The notes: a model not told the origin generated them from the letters alone. 64,000 bases of DNA from an uncultured Verrucomicrobiae bacterium (GCA_963801815.1 CAWDGJ010000003.1:704001-768000); one strand, 5' to 3'; positions 29,557 to 39,410 are shown, numbered from the stretch's first letter. Program-made: numbers and translations.

Positions 29557-30507
29557 CTAGTCAAGTGCCGACGCTTCGAAGGCGCAGCTGTCGATCTCGC
29601 GAACGCGAGCGGATCGCCAGCGCAGGACAGCTTCGGCGGTAAAAATCGCGAGTGCGATCCAGATGAGAATGAACGTGACCAGATGGCCGCGGGTGAACGG
29701 TTCGTGAAAAAGAAAAACGCCGACAAAAAACGAACCAATGGGCGAGAGATATTGAAGGAACCCGACTGTGATCAGGCGAAGATGCCGGGTCGCGTAGCCG
29801 AACCAGAAGAGCGGCACCGCAGTGACAACGCCAGTGCTGACGAGCAGGATCGACAGCCACCAGCCGGTGCGGCCAAACACAAGCATGCCCGAGTGTTGAA
29901 GATAAAGGAGGAAAACGATCGCGAATGGAAGAAGCAGGATCGTCTCGATGAACAGACCTGGAATGGCCGCAGTGCCGGATTTTTTGCGGAGTAACCCGTA
30001 AAGTCCGAATGAAACGCAGAGCAAGACTGCGATCCACGGAAATTTTCCGTAACCAAACGTGAGATTCAAAACTCCGAGCAGGGCAAGCAAAACGGAGATG
30101 AGCTGCAATCGGGTGAGGCGTTCGCGGAGGAAAAGCGCGCCGAAGAGAACGTTCATGAGTGGCGTCATGAAATAGCCGAGGCTGGTCTCAACGATGTGAC
30201 CGATGTTTACCGCCCAGATGAAAACAAACCAGTTACAACTGATGGCAACGCCACCGGTCAGACAATAAATCAGCGCCTGACGCGATCGAATATAGCCAAT
30301 GACCTCACTCCAGCGCTGCTGCCAGCAGAGCACGAGCGAAAGAAAAACCGTCGTCCAGACAAAACGATGGGCCAGGATCTCAGTCGCGGGGACAGCAATC
30401 AGCAATTTCCAGTAAACTGGAATCAAGCCCCAACTGGTGAAGCAGGCGATGCCGGCGATAAGCCCCAGCGTTTCTTGAGGCTTGGTCGAATCATTTCTCG
30501 AGGACAT
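29557..30507 (-). CDS. rarD: RarD (EamA family) transporter
   Basis: WGLIPVYWK, EILAHR, NWFVFIWAVN, SLGYFMTPL, GFLQYLSP. Confidence 0.92.
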   Translation of the reverse strand: MSSRNDSTKPQETLGLIAGIACFTSWGLIPVYWKLLIAVPATEILAHRFVWTTVFLSLVLCWQQRWSEVIGYIRSRQALIYCLTGGVAISCNWFVFIWAVNIGHIVETSLGYFMTPLMNVLFGALFLRERLTRLQLISVLLALLGVLNLTFGYGKFPWIAVLLCVSFGLYGLLRKKSGTAAIPGLFIETILLLPFAIVFLLYLQHSGMLVFGRTGWWLSILLVSTGVVTAVPLFWFGYATRHLRLITVGFLQYLSPIGSFFVGVFLFHEPFTRGHLVTFILIWIALAIFTAEAVLRWRSARVREIDSCAFEASALD

Positions 30508-30544
30508 CGAGCGTTGCTATTTCACGAAAAGCAACAGTGAGCAA

Positions 30545-30638
30545 GGTGGATCGGCCGCTCCGCGGGCGATGTTTAATTTATTGGCGGCCAAAGGTCGCGA
30601 TTAGGTTTTAACATCGAGCGCGGAGCGCTCGATCCATC
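30545..30638. repeat. REPIN-like doublet, family A, second copy
   Basis: Arms nearly identical to 17738-17826; spacer mostly different. Confidence 0.88.
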
Positions 30639-30640
30639 AA

Positions 30641-31240
30641 CTATTTTTGCGGGGCTTGCGGCACCAGCGACTTGTAAGCGCCGTAACCTTCCTTGTCCAT
30701 GTCCTCAACCGCAACAAAATGGAGAGCGGCGGAGTTCACGGCGTAGCGTTGCCCGGTCGGGGACGTTGGGTCGGGAATCAAATGCCCTAGATGCGCGTCG
30801 CTTCGTTTGGCGCGCACTTCAATTCGGTGCATGTCGTAGGAATTGTCGTCCCGTTGGACGATCAAATCGTTTGAGATCGGTTTACTAAAAGTGGGACGGC
30901 CGGTTTGGCCGTCGAATTTATCAGCGGAAGAAAAAAGGGGCTCCCCCGTGATGACATCGACATAAATTCCAGGAAGAGTGTTGTCCCAGAGTTTATTTTT
31001 GAACGCGGTCTCGGTGCCGTTTTCACGCGTGATGCGATACTCGTCGGCAGTAAGGCGCCTGCGTAAAGTCGCGTCGTCCGGTACCGGCCGGTTGGGATCA
31101 AATCCGGTTACCTGCTTGACCGCGCTGTGAGCGAAAAGAACCAGATAAACGATTCCCCCGATCGCCAAAATGGCGACAATGATCCCGATAGTCAGGCTTA
31201 CGCGTGAGGTGTCATCGCTCTGGATTCGACCGCCGTTCAT
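30641..31240 (-). CDS. Membrane-anchored MsrB-like protein lacking the catalytic Cys
   Basis: GTETAF, GIYVDVITGEPLF, HLGH, but RYAVNSAAL instead of RYCINS. Confidence 0.85.
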   Translation of the reverse strand: MNGGRIQSDDTSRVSLTIGIIVAILAIGGIVYLVLFAHSAVKQVTGFDPNRPVPDDATLRRRLTADEYRITRENGTETAFKNKLWDNTLPGIYVDVITGEPLFSSADKFDGQTGRPTFSKPISNDLIVQRDDNSYDMHRIEVRAKRSDAHLGHLIPDPTSPTGQRYAVNSAALHFVAVEDMDKEGYGAYKSLVPQAPQK

Positions 31241-31365
31241 CTACGCCTCGGCCAAACAGTGAATCAGAAAAGCGCAGGCGGCGTCACTCTTTTTTTTGAA
31301 CACGAAGCCGAATCCGGAAAGACATTACCGGGTCCCGCAATTGCCGAAACGCCGGACCCGCGCTC

Positions 31366-31998
31366 TTACTTTTTGTTTTCGAAAAGCGGCAGGAATTGTC
31401 CGTAGCCTTCTTCCTTCAACTTCTCGACTGGAATGAAGCGCAACGCGGCGGAATTGATGCAATATCGCAGACCGCCTTTGTCCGTCGGGCCGTCGTCGAA
31501 GACGTGCCCAAGATGGGAATCGCTCTTGTCACTTCGGACTTCGGTCCGTTCCATCCCGAAAGCGCTATCCGTCTTTTCGGTGACGTGGCCATTTTCGATC
31601 GGTTTAGTGAAACTTGGCCAACCGCTGCCGCTGTCGAATTTGTCGAGCGAAGTAAAGAGAGGCTCGCCGCTGACAACATCGACGTAAATGCCAGCGCGAT
31701 GATTGTCCCAATATTCGTTTCGGAACGGCGGCTCGGTGCCGCATTGCTGGGTCACATGATATTGTTCGGGCGTCAGTTTCTTCTTCAACTCGTCGGCCGA
31801 AGGTTTGTTGGACGCTTGGTTAGTGGATGATGGCGTAGTCATAGAGGTCGATGGGGTGGGCGAAACGCTCGGAGCCTGGCCGCGCGCGCGGTTGAGAAAA
31901 ATCAAAACGCCGAGCAACGCGACAAAAATGATCGCGCAGAAAAGCAACATTCCCCGCGGGGAAGGGGCCGGGCGTTTTGGAAGCTGAATCACTTGCAA
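31366..31998 (-). CDS. msrB: Peptide-methionine (R)-S-oxide reductase with N-terminal TM/signal
   Basis: [32 protein letters not shown]. Confidence 0.95.
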   Translation of the reverse strand: MQVIQLPKRPAPSPRGMLLFCAIIFVALLGVLIFLNRARGQAPSVSPTPSTSMTTPSSTNQASNKPSADELKKKLTPEQYHVTQQCGTEPPFRNEYWDNHRAGIYVDVVSGEPLFTSLDKFDSGSGWPSFTKPIENGHVTEKTDSAFGMERTEVRSDKSDSHLGHVFDDGPTDKGGLRYCINSAALRFIPVEKLKEEGYGQFLPLFENKK

Positions 31999-32052
31999 AA
32001 TTTAAGCCGTTTAATCGTGTCGTCCAGTAATCACCTATTCCGGAGTGTCGAC

Positions 32053-32196
32053 AAATCCCAAATTCCAGGCTCCAAATCCCAGGCAAATTTCAGAGGCTCC
32101 AAAGTTCTAAGATGTCGCGGCCGCACACTTGTTTGGACATTTGAAATTTTGAATCTTAGCATTTGTTTGGAGCTTGGAACCTGGGACTTGGAATTT
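32053..32196. repeat. Heptamer-armed palindromic intergenic element (AAAT(C/T)CC type)
   Basis: AAATCCCAAATTCCAGGCTCCAAATCCC ... TTGGAGCTTGGAACCTGGGACTTGGAATTT. Confidence 0.7.
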
Positions 32197-32214
32197 CCGA
32201 TTGAAGCTTTGGCT

Positions 32215-33801
32215 TCAATCGGTTCTTCCTGCTTCGTGGACTTGGATGTAGCGGCGAAAGACTAGCAACCCGACCGGCGCCACCGAGGCAGCGAGCGCGA
32301 AGATCAACCAAAGCATCTGCGGACGACATGCGCCGTGTTCGGGACAGAAGGCCGCAAGTATCCAGCCGCTGGTCCCGATCAGGAGTTTGCCAACCAGGAA
32401 TGGAATGTAAGCAAGCGCGCCGTAGGAAGCTTCCTGGCCCGGTGGCGCAATCGCCGCAGCGTATTCATAAACGCGCGGCGAGTAGAACGCTTCGCCGACC
32501 GAAAAGACCGCCAGGTAAAGCGCGGACATTATATAGTACGGATGAATAGACCCCGTAAGGCGCAGATAACCGTGGCCGAGCGCGTGCCCGAACAGGCTGT
32601 TCGCCGCCGGAACGAACCAATCCGCCGGCAACGCCATGATGAAAACTGCCACCGAGCAGATGATGCTGCCGATGATGACCATCCGATACGACGCGACGCG
32701 CTGGGTGAGAGCGCCGACAACCGGGGCGAGCACAATAATGAGAATTGCGTTGATGCCGGCCAGTTTGCCGACCGGTGCGTGTAATCCCATCTCGCGATCG
32801 CCAAATTTCGGAAAGACATAATCCATTTGCAGGAAAATCGCTTTCAGGAACCCGATGAAGAGAAAGAACAACAGCAGCCGGTAAAATCCGGATTGGCCGA
32901 CGAGCCGTTGAAACAGTGCCACCGTGTCACTCGCGCCTTGTCGCATTGTTTCCAGGATTCGACTCCAAAAATGCGCAAAGTTTGAGGGCTCGTCCGCAGT
33001 AGCCTCGGCGGAGGCGGATCGCCCGGTTAAATGCCGCTCCGCTAGCGATGTCGATTTGAGGCCGGCCCGTACGTCCGCGTCGCGTCTGAGAAAATAAATT
33101 GTCGGGAAAAGCAAGATCTCCAGCGCGAGACTCACGCCAAAAAGTTGTGCATGTGGTGTTGGCTGAAATCCTCCGATGCTAAGGTGGAGATCGAGCGAAC
33201 GAATTAAATCGAAAACATAACCAGCCACGAAGTAACCGACATTCATCAGCGCATAGATGATGGAAAACGCGATCGAACGTTGCGCGGTCGTAGAATAGAT
33301 TCGGGTTGCGGCCAGCAAAACCGGCGTGCCGAGCGCTTCGCCAACCGCGAGTGGCAGCAAACCGCAGACTAGCGCCAGCGTTGGACTCTGCGTCAGAATC
33401 ATGACGCTGCGCGCAAATGTGCAAATGCCGACGCCGAGGAAAAAAGTTCGTCGCAGCCCGATCGCGTCGGTGAGTGAGCCGGCTAGCAAAGTAAAAACAG
33501 TCATGGCCGGCGCCCAAACCCAGCCAACCAATGCGCCGGCGGCTTGATCGCTGAAGCCGAGGTCTTTTGACAACCAAAGCACCATCGTCTTGTTCGTGAT
33601 CGAGTAGGCGGTGTAGATCAGGAGCTTGATCAGGAACGTGAGCCAGAGTTCGCGCCGCGCGCTTTTGAGCACCGTGAACTTGGCGATGAATCCGCGAATC
33701 CCGTTCACCGGAATTGGCGGAACAATCTCTTCGGCAGGGACGGCTTGCTTCACTATCTCGGCCACAGGCGAGGATAATACTAGAAGTTCCGGGGAGCGCA
33801 C
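32215..33801 (-). CDS. MFS transporter (POT/peptide-like)
   Basis: GSLTDAIGLRR motif A, FSIIYALMNVG, FSVGEAFYSPR; about 12 TMs. Confidence 0.85.
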   Translation of the reverse strand: MRSPELLVLSSPVAEIVKQAVPAEEIVPPIPVNGIRGFIAKFTVLKSARRELWLTFLIKLLIYTAYSITNKTMVLWLSKDLGFSDQAAGALVGWVWAPAMTVFTLLAGSLTDAIGLRRTFFLGVGICTFARSVMILTQSPTLALVCGLLPLAVGEALGTPVLLAATRIYSTTAQRSIAFSIIYALMNVGYFVAGYVFDLIRSLDLHLSIGGFQPTPHAQLFGVSLALEILLFPTIYFLRRDADVRAGLKSTSLAERHLTGRSASAEATADEPSNFAHFWSRILETMRQGASDTVALFQRLVGQSGFYRLLLFFLFIGFLKAIFLQMDYVFPKFGDREMGLHAPVGKLAGINAILIIVLAPVVGALTQRVASYRMVIIGSIICSVAVFIMALPADWFVPAANSLFGHALGHGYLRLTGSIHPYYIMSALYLAVFSVGEAFYSPRVYEYAAAIAPPGQEASYGALAYIPFLVGKLLIGTSGWILAAFCPEHGACRPQMLWLIFALAASVAPVGLLVFRRYIQVHEAGRTD

Positions 33802-33903
33802 GCCCCCGCGATCAGCGGTTTTTCAAGCGAGCATTCTCTGTTTCAACTGTACGGCCACTAAAATTGATTCGCTGTCGGTGCGCGACATGCTAATTGTCTC
33901 GGC

Positions 33904-36339
33904 GTGCTTTGGGCGAAAGAGGTTGGCCTTCGAACTTTCGTTTCATGTCTTTGGGTAATCGTGATCGGGCCCGCCGCTCTGGCGACCGACGTTCTAACCT
34001 GGCACAACGATCTCGCGCGAACGGGCGAGAATTTGAACGAAACAATTCTCACCCCGGCGAATGTTAATTCTAACCAGTTCGGCAAGCTCTTCCTTATTCC
34101 GGTAGATGGTCAGGTTTACGCGCAGCCGCTCTACGTCTCCAGTCTTTCCATTTCTGGGAAGGGCGTTCACAACGTGCTCTACATCGCGACTCAACACGAC
34201 ACCGTGTATGCCTGCGATGCCGACGACGGCGGAGTGCTCTGGCAGATTTCCCTTCTGAAGGCCGGCGAAACGCCTTCCGACTCTCGTAACTGTAGCCAGA
34301 TTACGCCCGAGATCGGCATAACCGCGACGCCGGTCATCGACCGAAATGCGGGCCCAAACGGAACAATCTACCTCACGCCGATGAGCAAGGACGCCTCGGC
34401 ACATTATCACCAGCGCTTGCATGCGCTCGACCTCGCTACGGGCGCGGAACGGCCCGGTAGTCCGATTGATGTGTCCGCGAGTTACCCTGGGAGCGGAGCC
34501 AACAGTAGCGGCGGCAATGTTTTTTTTGATCCGAAACAATATAAAGAGCGACCCGGCTTGGTGCTTTGGAATGGAATCATTTACACGACTTGGTCGTCAC
34601 ATTGCGATATCGACCCCTACACGAGCTTTATTATTGGTTATGACGAAACGACACTCGCGCAATCGCGCGTGATCGATCTTGTTCCCAACGGAAGCGAAGG
34701 ATCGATCTGGGCCGCCGGCGCCGCGCCAGCTGTCGATGCAGGCGGGAACATGTTTGCGCTTACCGGCAACGGAACGTTTGAAACGAGTTTGGATGCGAAT
34801 GGATTTCCCAATCAGGCCGATTTCGGGAACTGCTTTGTCAAAATTTCCACTGCGAACAACACGCTGCAGGTGACGGATTACTGGACGATGTTCAACACCA
34901 TCGCGGAATCGAATGTCGACGAAGATCTTGGCTCGGGTGGCGTGGTACTGCTTCCCGACCTGACGGATAGCAATGGTGTTACTCGTCATCTCGCGGTCGG
35001 CGCCGGGAAGGATAACCACATTTATATCGTGGACCGCGATAACATGGGCAAATTCAATCCCAACTCGAACGCGAACATCTATCAGGACTTGACCGGAGGG
35101 ACCGCCAGCGGCGAGTGGGGTACACCAGCCTACTTTAACAATACGCTTTATATCGGTGGCACGGGTGACCATTTGAAAGCATTTTCATTCAGTAGCGCCA
35201 GAATGGCGACAAGTCCGAGTTCCATTAGCAGTGTGGTGTTCTCTTATCCAGGAACCACGCCGAGCGTCTCGGCGAATGGAACGTTGAATGCGATTGTCTG
35301 GGCGGAAGCGTCGGGCTCTGGCGGGATGGCCGTCCTCCGAGCTTACAATGCGGCGAATCTCGCGACCGAACTCTACAATAGTACGCAGGCTGCGAATAAT
35401 CGCGACCAGTTCGGTAGCAGCGTTAAGTTTGTAACGCCGACGATTGTTAACGGTAAGGTGTATGTCGGCGCTGCAGACGGAGTAGGCGTTTTTGGTCTGC
35501 TGAGCTCACCAACGCCAACACCTACACCTACCGCAACACCGACCCCAACTCCAACCGCGACACCGACTCCGACTGCCACGCCGACCCCAACTACAACGCC
35601 CACCCCCACTGCGACTCCGACGCCAACCAGCGGCCCGGCAGTGATGCTTAGTCCGCCACCGGGATCGACGTTTGGTTCCTCCAGCGTGACCTTTAGCTGG
35701 AGTGCCGGTAGCGCCACTGCCTACGTCCTGCTAGTGGGCAGTTCTCTGCACGGTGCTGACATTTACAATTCTGGCATCGTCCACACTCTCTCGGCGACGG
35801 TAACCAAGATACCCACTGACGGGCGCACGATCTTCGTGACGTTAACGTCTCAGGTTAACGGCTCCTGGATCACGAACAATTACACGTATAAAGCGTCTGG
35901 CGGCGTCCCGACACCAACACCGACTCCGACTGCTACGCCGACACCGACCCCCACTGCTACTCCAACAGCCACTCCCACACCAACGTCGACGCCAACTCCA
36001 ACAGCTACGCCCACTGCAACTCCAACTCCAACACCTACAGCGACACCGACCCCTACACCAACCAGCGGCCCGGCAGTGATGCTTAGCCCGCCACCGGGAT
36101 CGACCTTTAGTTCTTCAAGCGTGACCTTCAACTGGAGCGCCGGTAGCGCCACTGCCTACGTCCTGCTGGTGGGCAGTTCTCTGCACGGCTCTGACATTTA
36201 CAATTCTGGCATCGTCCACACTCTCTCGGCGACGGTAAACAAGATGCCCACGGATGGGCGAACGATTTTCGTGACATTAACCTCTCAGGTTAACGGCTCC
36301 TGGATCACGAACACCTACACTTACAAAGCCTTTAAGTGA
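33904..36339 (+). CDS. Secreted PQQ-like beta-propeller protein with PT linkers and two duplicated C-terminal domains
   Basis: Signal peptide, DVLTWHNDLARTG, VDGQVYAQPL, KFVTPTIVNGKVYV, (PT)n linkers. Confidence 0.85.
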   Translation: MLWAKEVGLRTFVSCLWVIVIGPAALATDVLTWHNDLARTGENLNETILTPANVNSNQFGKLFLIPVDGQVYAQPLYVSSLSISGKGVHNVLYIATQHDTVYACDADDGGVLWQISLLKAGETPSDSRNCSQITPEIGITATPVIDRNAGPNGTIYLTPMSKDASAHYHQRLHALDLATGAERPGSPIDVSASYPGSGANSSGGNVFFDPKQYKERPGLVLWNGIIYTTWSSHCDIDPYTSFIIGYDETTLAQSRVIDLVPNGSEGSIWAAGAAPAVDAGGNMFALTGNGTFETSLDANGFPNQADFGNCFVKISTANNTLQVTDYWTMFNTIAESNVDEDLGSGGVVLLPDLTDSNGVTRHLAVGAGKDNHIYIVDRDNMGKFNPNSNANIYQDLTGGTASGEWGTPAYFNNTLYIGGTGDHLKAFSFSSARMATSPSSISSVVFSYPGTTPSVSANGTLNAIVWAEASGSGGMAVLRAYNAANLATELYNSTQAANNRDQFGSSVKFVTPTIVNGKVYVGAADGVGVFGLLSSPTPTPTPTATPTPTPTATPTPTATPTPTTTPTPTATPTPTSGPAVMLSPPPGSTFGSSSVTFSWSAGSATAYVLLVGSSLHGADIYNSGIVHTLSATVTKIPTDGRTIFVTLTSQVNGSWITNNYTYKASGGVPTPTPTPTATPTPTPTATPTATPTPTSTPTPTATPTATPTPTPTATPTPTPTSGPAVMLSPPPGSTFSSSSVTFNWSAGSATAYVLLVGSSLHGSDIYNSGIVHTLSATVNKMPTDGRTIFVTLTSQVNGSWITNTYTYKAFK
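35626..36330 (+). repeat. Intragenic 270-bp direct duplication (35626-35895 and 36061-36330)
   Basis: TSGPAVMLSPPPGSTF...YTYKA occurs twice, near-identical at DNA level. Confidence 0.95.
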
Positions 36340-36485
36340 TTCGCCTCGACCAATTCGTAACGAACCACAAACGATTACTAATTAATCTACGAAGCCAGCG
36401 GAATGGATGTTTGATGTAGCCACGGTGCTATGTCTTGGTTTATCTCTGTCTCGTTAGGCTGACGACAGAGTTCACGCAAACACAC

Positions 36486-36818
36486 ATGAAAAAATCGCTT
36501 CGATCCTCACGCGACGTTATTATTCAAACCAACGACTGGGCAAAAGCACTTGAATTTTACGAGAAGACCCTCGGATTCCCCATTTCTCATCGAAGTCCGG
36601 ATATTGTCGGTTTTGAGACCGGCGCGTTCTGCTTTTACGTCGAGAAGGGTAAGCGGCCCGGGCCAGTCTTCGATTTTCTCGTCGAGGACGCGCAGGGAAC
36701 CAGGGAGCGCCTACTCGCCGCTGGCTGCACGATTGTAGAAGAAAACCCCGCCGTTCCGCGGTGCTATATTCGTGATCCGTTCGGCCTTGTTTTTAACATC
36801 GAGCAAACTGGCGACTGA
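36486..36818 (+). CDS. VOC/glyoxalase family protein
   Basis: ALEFYEKTLGF, FLVED, YIRDPFGLVFNI. Confidence 0.85.
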   Translation: MKKSLRSSRDVIIQTNDWAKALEFYEKTLGFPISHRSPDIVGFETGAFCFYVEKGKRPGPVFDFLVEDAQGTRERLLAAGCTIVEENPAVPRCYIRDPFGLVFNIEQTGD

Positions 36819-36857
36819 TTAAACTCCAATCAACCAGGACGAGGAACTCCATAAATC

Positions 36858-37169
36858 ATGAATAATGCCACCAAACGTTCGATTCTTCGCTTCATTCACC
36901 TTGTCGCTAGCATTCCGATACTCGGTTACATCTATGGGGCGCCTTCGGAAGTTTAACAGTACGTCAACGCCCCTCGGTATATCTTCGTTCCTGTAATGAT
37001 CCTTTCGGGATATTGGATGTAATCAAATGTATCCTTCGCTGTCATCGGCGTCGCCTTATGGCTCGGTGTATTTCGGCTTTCTGGATTTGGAGCAGCTCTT
37101 CTGAGTCAGATCATTTTGTTCGCCGCGTGGAAGATTTGGTTGGTAATTCGTGCGCGACAGTCAACGTGA
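36858..37169 (+). pseudogene. Small membrane-protein gene with two in-frame TAA stops
   Basis: MNNATKRSILRFIHLVASIPILGYIYG..EV*QY..YWM*SN..RQST*; stops at 36954 and 37020; GAGG upstream. Confidence 0.7.
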
Positions 37170-37200
37170 CAGGGTCTATCCGTGCAAGAATGCGAACAAT

Positions 37201-37767
37201 ATGAAGGGAAATAAGAAAGAGCTGTCTCCCAAACAACACCAAGAACTACTCAGAGCATTGAAAGCCCGTTTTGAGAAAAATACTAGCCGCCATAAAAGCC
37301 TCGAATGGGAAAAAGTAGAAGCCAGGCTGAAAGCTAATCCCGAAAAACTGCGGTCACTCAGTGAAATGGAAAGGTCCGGCGGCGAGCCGGATGTCGTTGG
37401 TCATGATAAAAAGACGGGCCAGCACATTTTTTTTGATTGTTCACCGCAAAGTCCCAGCGGCCGTACAAGTTTTTGTTATGACCGTGAAGCACTGGATTCT
37501 CGAAAAGAACACAAGCCGAAAAATAGCGTCATGGATATGGCAACGGCCATGGGCGTCGAGCTTTTAACGGAAGAACAATATCTGGAGCTGCAAAAGCTGG
37601 GCGAGTTCGATACGAAAACATCGAGCTGGGTGAAAACGCCTACTGATATCAGAAAACTTGGCGGGGCGCTCTATTGTGATCGCCGCTACGGGCGCGTCTT
37701 CGTCGGTTACAACGGCGCGCAATCATACTATAGCGGCCGAGGATTCCGTGCCTCGCTACGGGTCTAG
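37201..37767 (+). CDS. DUF4256 family protein
   Basis: LKARFEKN, MERSGGEPDV, FDTKTSSW, NGAQSYYSGRGFR. Confidence 0.88.
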   Translation: MKGNKKELSPKQHQELLRALKARFEKNTSRHKSLEWEKVEARLKANPEKLRSLSEMERSGGEPDVVGHDKKTGQHIFFDCSPQSPSGRTSFCYDREALDSRKEHKPKNSVMDMATAMGVELLTEEQYLELQKLGEFDTKTSSWVKTPTDIRKLGGALYCDRRYGRVFVGYNGAQSYYSGRGFRASLRV

Positions 37768-37839
37768 ACGGAAAGGATGAGGAATAAAGGATGAAAGCAA
37801 AACTCCCTAGCGTTCGGGCGGGCTCAGCAGTTGTACCGG

Positions 37840-38733
37840 CTACAGCATCTCGATCACAAATTTCCGCGGGTCGAATGGCGCGAAGTTATCGATTTTTTCG
37901 CCGGTGCCGATGAATCGCGTCGGGATTTTCAATTCGTCCTGAATCGCGACGATGATTCCGCCTTTTCCGCTGCCGTCGAGTTTGGTCACGATTAAACCGG
38001 TCAGGCCGAGTGCTTGATGAAATTCGCGCGCCTGAGCGAACGCGTTTCCGCCGGTGGTCGCGTCGACCACGAGCAGAATTTCGTGGGGCGCGTCCGGATC
38101 TTTCTTCCCGATACTGCGTTTCACTTTCTGCAGCTCGGCCATGAGATTGGTTTTGGTGTGTAAACGACCGGCGGTGTCGCACAGCAAAAAATCGATTTTG
38201 TTTTTCGCGGCGGACTCGTAGGCGTCGTAACAAAGCGCCGCCGGGTCGGCGCCGTATTGCCCGCTGATCATTTCAGCACCGAGCCGCTTCGCCCAAATGC
38301 CGAGCTGTTCAATGGCCGCGGCGCGGAAAGTGTCGGCGGCCGCGAGAAGAATTCGATGCGGGCGATTGGGGGCAATCGCCCCTACCTGATGGCGGTTCGG
38401 CAAACCGCCGCTGCCCAGATAATGGGCGAGCTTCGCGGTCGATGTTGTTTTGCCGGTGCCGTTGACGCCGACAATAATGATCACAGTTGGCTTTCCGGCG
38501 ATGGGAACAATCGGTTTCGTTTCTGCCGGCAAGATTTTCGAGATTTCTTCACGCGTGACTTTGATTACGTCGCTGATTCCCAAAAGCGACCAGGCCTCGC
38601 GTTCCTGGAGTTTTTTCAGGATTCGCGTCGTGAGTGGAACGCCGAGATCGGCGCGAATCAGCGCGTGCTCAAGTTCGTCCCAATCGATCGGTTTGCCGGC
38701 GAACTGTTGGGCAAGCGAGTCGAGGAATTTCAT
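37840..38733 (-). CDS. ftsY: SRP receptor FtsY with in-frame REP-derived insert
   Basis: GVNGTGKTTS, DTFRAAA, DTAGRLH, TKLDGSGKGG. Confidence 0.97.
   Translation of the reverse strand: MKFLDSLAQQFAGKPIDWDELEHALIRADLGVPLTTRILKKLQEREAWSLLGISDVIKVTREEISKILPAETKPIVPIAGKPTVIIIVGVNGTGKTTSTAKLAHYLGSGGLPNRHQVGAIAPNRPHRILLAAADTFRAAAIEQLGIWAKRLGAEMISGQYGADPAALCYDAYESAAKNKIDFLLCDTAGRLHTKTNLMAELQKVKRSIGKKDPDAPHEILLVVDATTGGNAFAQAREFHQALGLTGLIVTKLDGSGKGGIIVAIQDELKIPTRFIGTGEKIDNFAPFDPRKFVIEML
38360..38415 (-). repeat. Two tandem family B REP hairpins inside ftsY
   Basis: Minus strand: GGCAGCGGCGGTTTGCCGAACCGCC-ATCA-GGTAGGGGCGATTGCCCCCAATCGCCC. Confidence 0.8.
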
Positions 38734-38777
38734 GGTGCACCTGTCGGCAGGAGTGGGATCGAGAGTCTTCGGAGACA

Positions 38778-38911
38778 GAAATTCGAAATTCGAATCTCGA
38801 ATGTCGAAACAAATTCGAATGACGAAATTCCAAACTCAAGGGAACACGGAGTCACCGGTTATTTTAGTTTTTTGAAATTGTGTCGGATTTCGGATTCCGA
38901 GCTTCGAATTT
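38778..38911. repeat. Heptamer-armed palindromic intergenic element
   Basis: AAATTCGAAATTCGAATCTCGAATGTCGAAACAAATTCG ... CGGATTTCGGATTCCGAGCTTCGAATTT. Confidence 0.75.
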
Positions 38912-38961
38912 GTAAAAGAACTTTGCCTCGGAATGCCACGAAATCTCGCCGCCGACTGAGG

Positions 38962-39405
38962 TCAATCGCCTCCACCTCGCACAACAGGCTCGCGCGCGGG
39001 GCGATCCAGGTCTTTGCGAACGCGATCGAGGATGCCGTTCACGAAGGCGCCCGACTCGGCGCCTCCGAAAGTTTTGGCGAGCTCGATCGCTTCGTTGATC
39101 GAAACGACTGGCGGGATGTCGTCGCGGTGAAGCATTTCATAAATGGCGAGCCGCAGAACGTTTCGATCGACCACGGAGATGCGGTTGAGGTTGTAATTCT
39201 CGCAATACTTGCGAATGCGCTCGTCGATTTCGTCGAGGTGCTCCACCATTCCCTGGATCAACGGTTCGGCGAATTCGCGCACGTTCGGTTTGACGGGACA
39301 GAATTCCCAGAAGTCTTCGATGCGCTCGGGCGTTTCGCCGTGCTGAAGGTCGCGCCAAAAATGATATTGAATCGCCGCTTCCCGGGCGCGTCGCCGTTTT
39401 CCCAT
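38962..39405 (-). CDS. nusB: Transcription antitermination factor NusB
   Basis: RRRAREAAIQ, DRNVLRLAIYE, INEAIELAKTFG, FVNGILD. Confidence 0.96.
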   Translation of the reverse strand: MGKRRRAREAAIQYHFWRDLQHGETPERIEDFWEFCPVKPNVREFAEPLIQGMVEHLDEIDERIRKYCENYNLNRISVVDRNVLRLAIYEMLHRDDIPPVVSINEAIELAKTFGGAESGAFVNGILDRVRKDLDRPAREPVVRGGGD

Positions 39406-39410
39406 ACGAT

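Noticed and set aside
30736..30748. Selenocysteine at the MsrB-like active site
   Set aside because: The codon is GCC (Ala), not TGA.
35373..36152. VGVG-rich minus-strand ORFs
   Set aside because: Antisense of the PT linkers.
36858..37169. Stop-codon reassignment (TAA read-through)
   Set aside because: Many intact genes in the window terminate at TAA.
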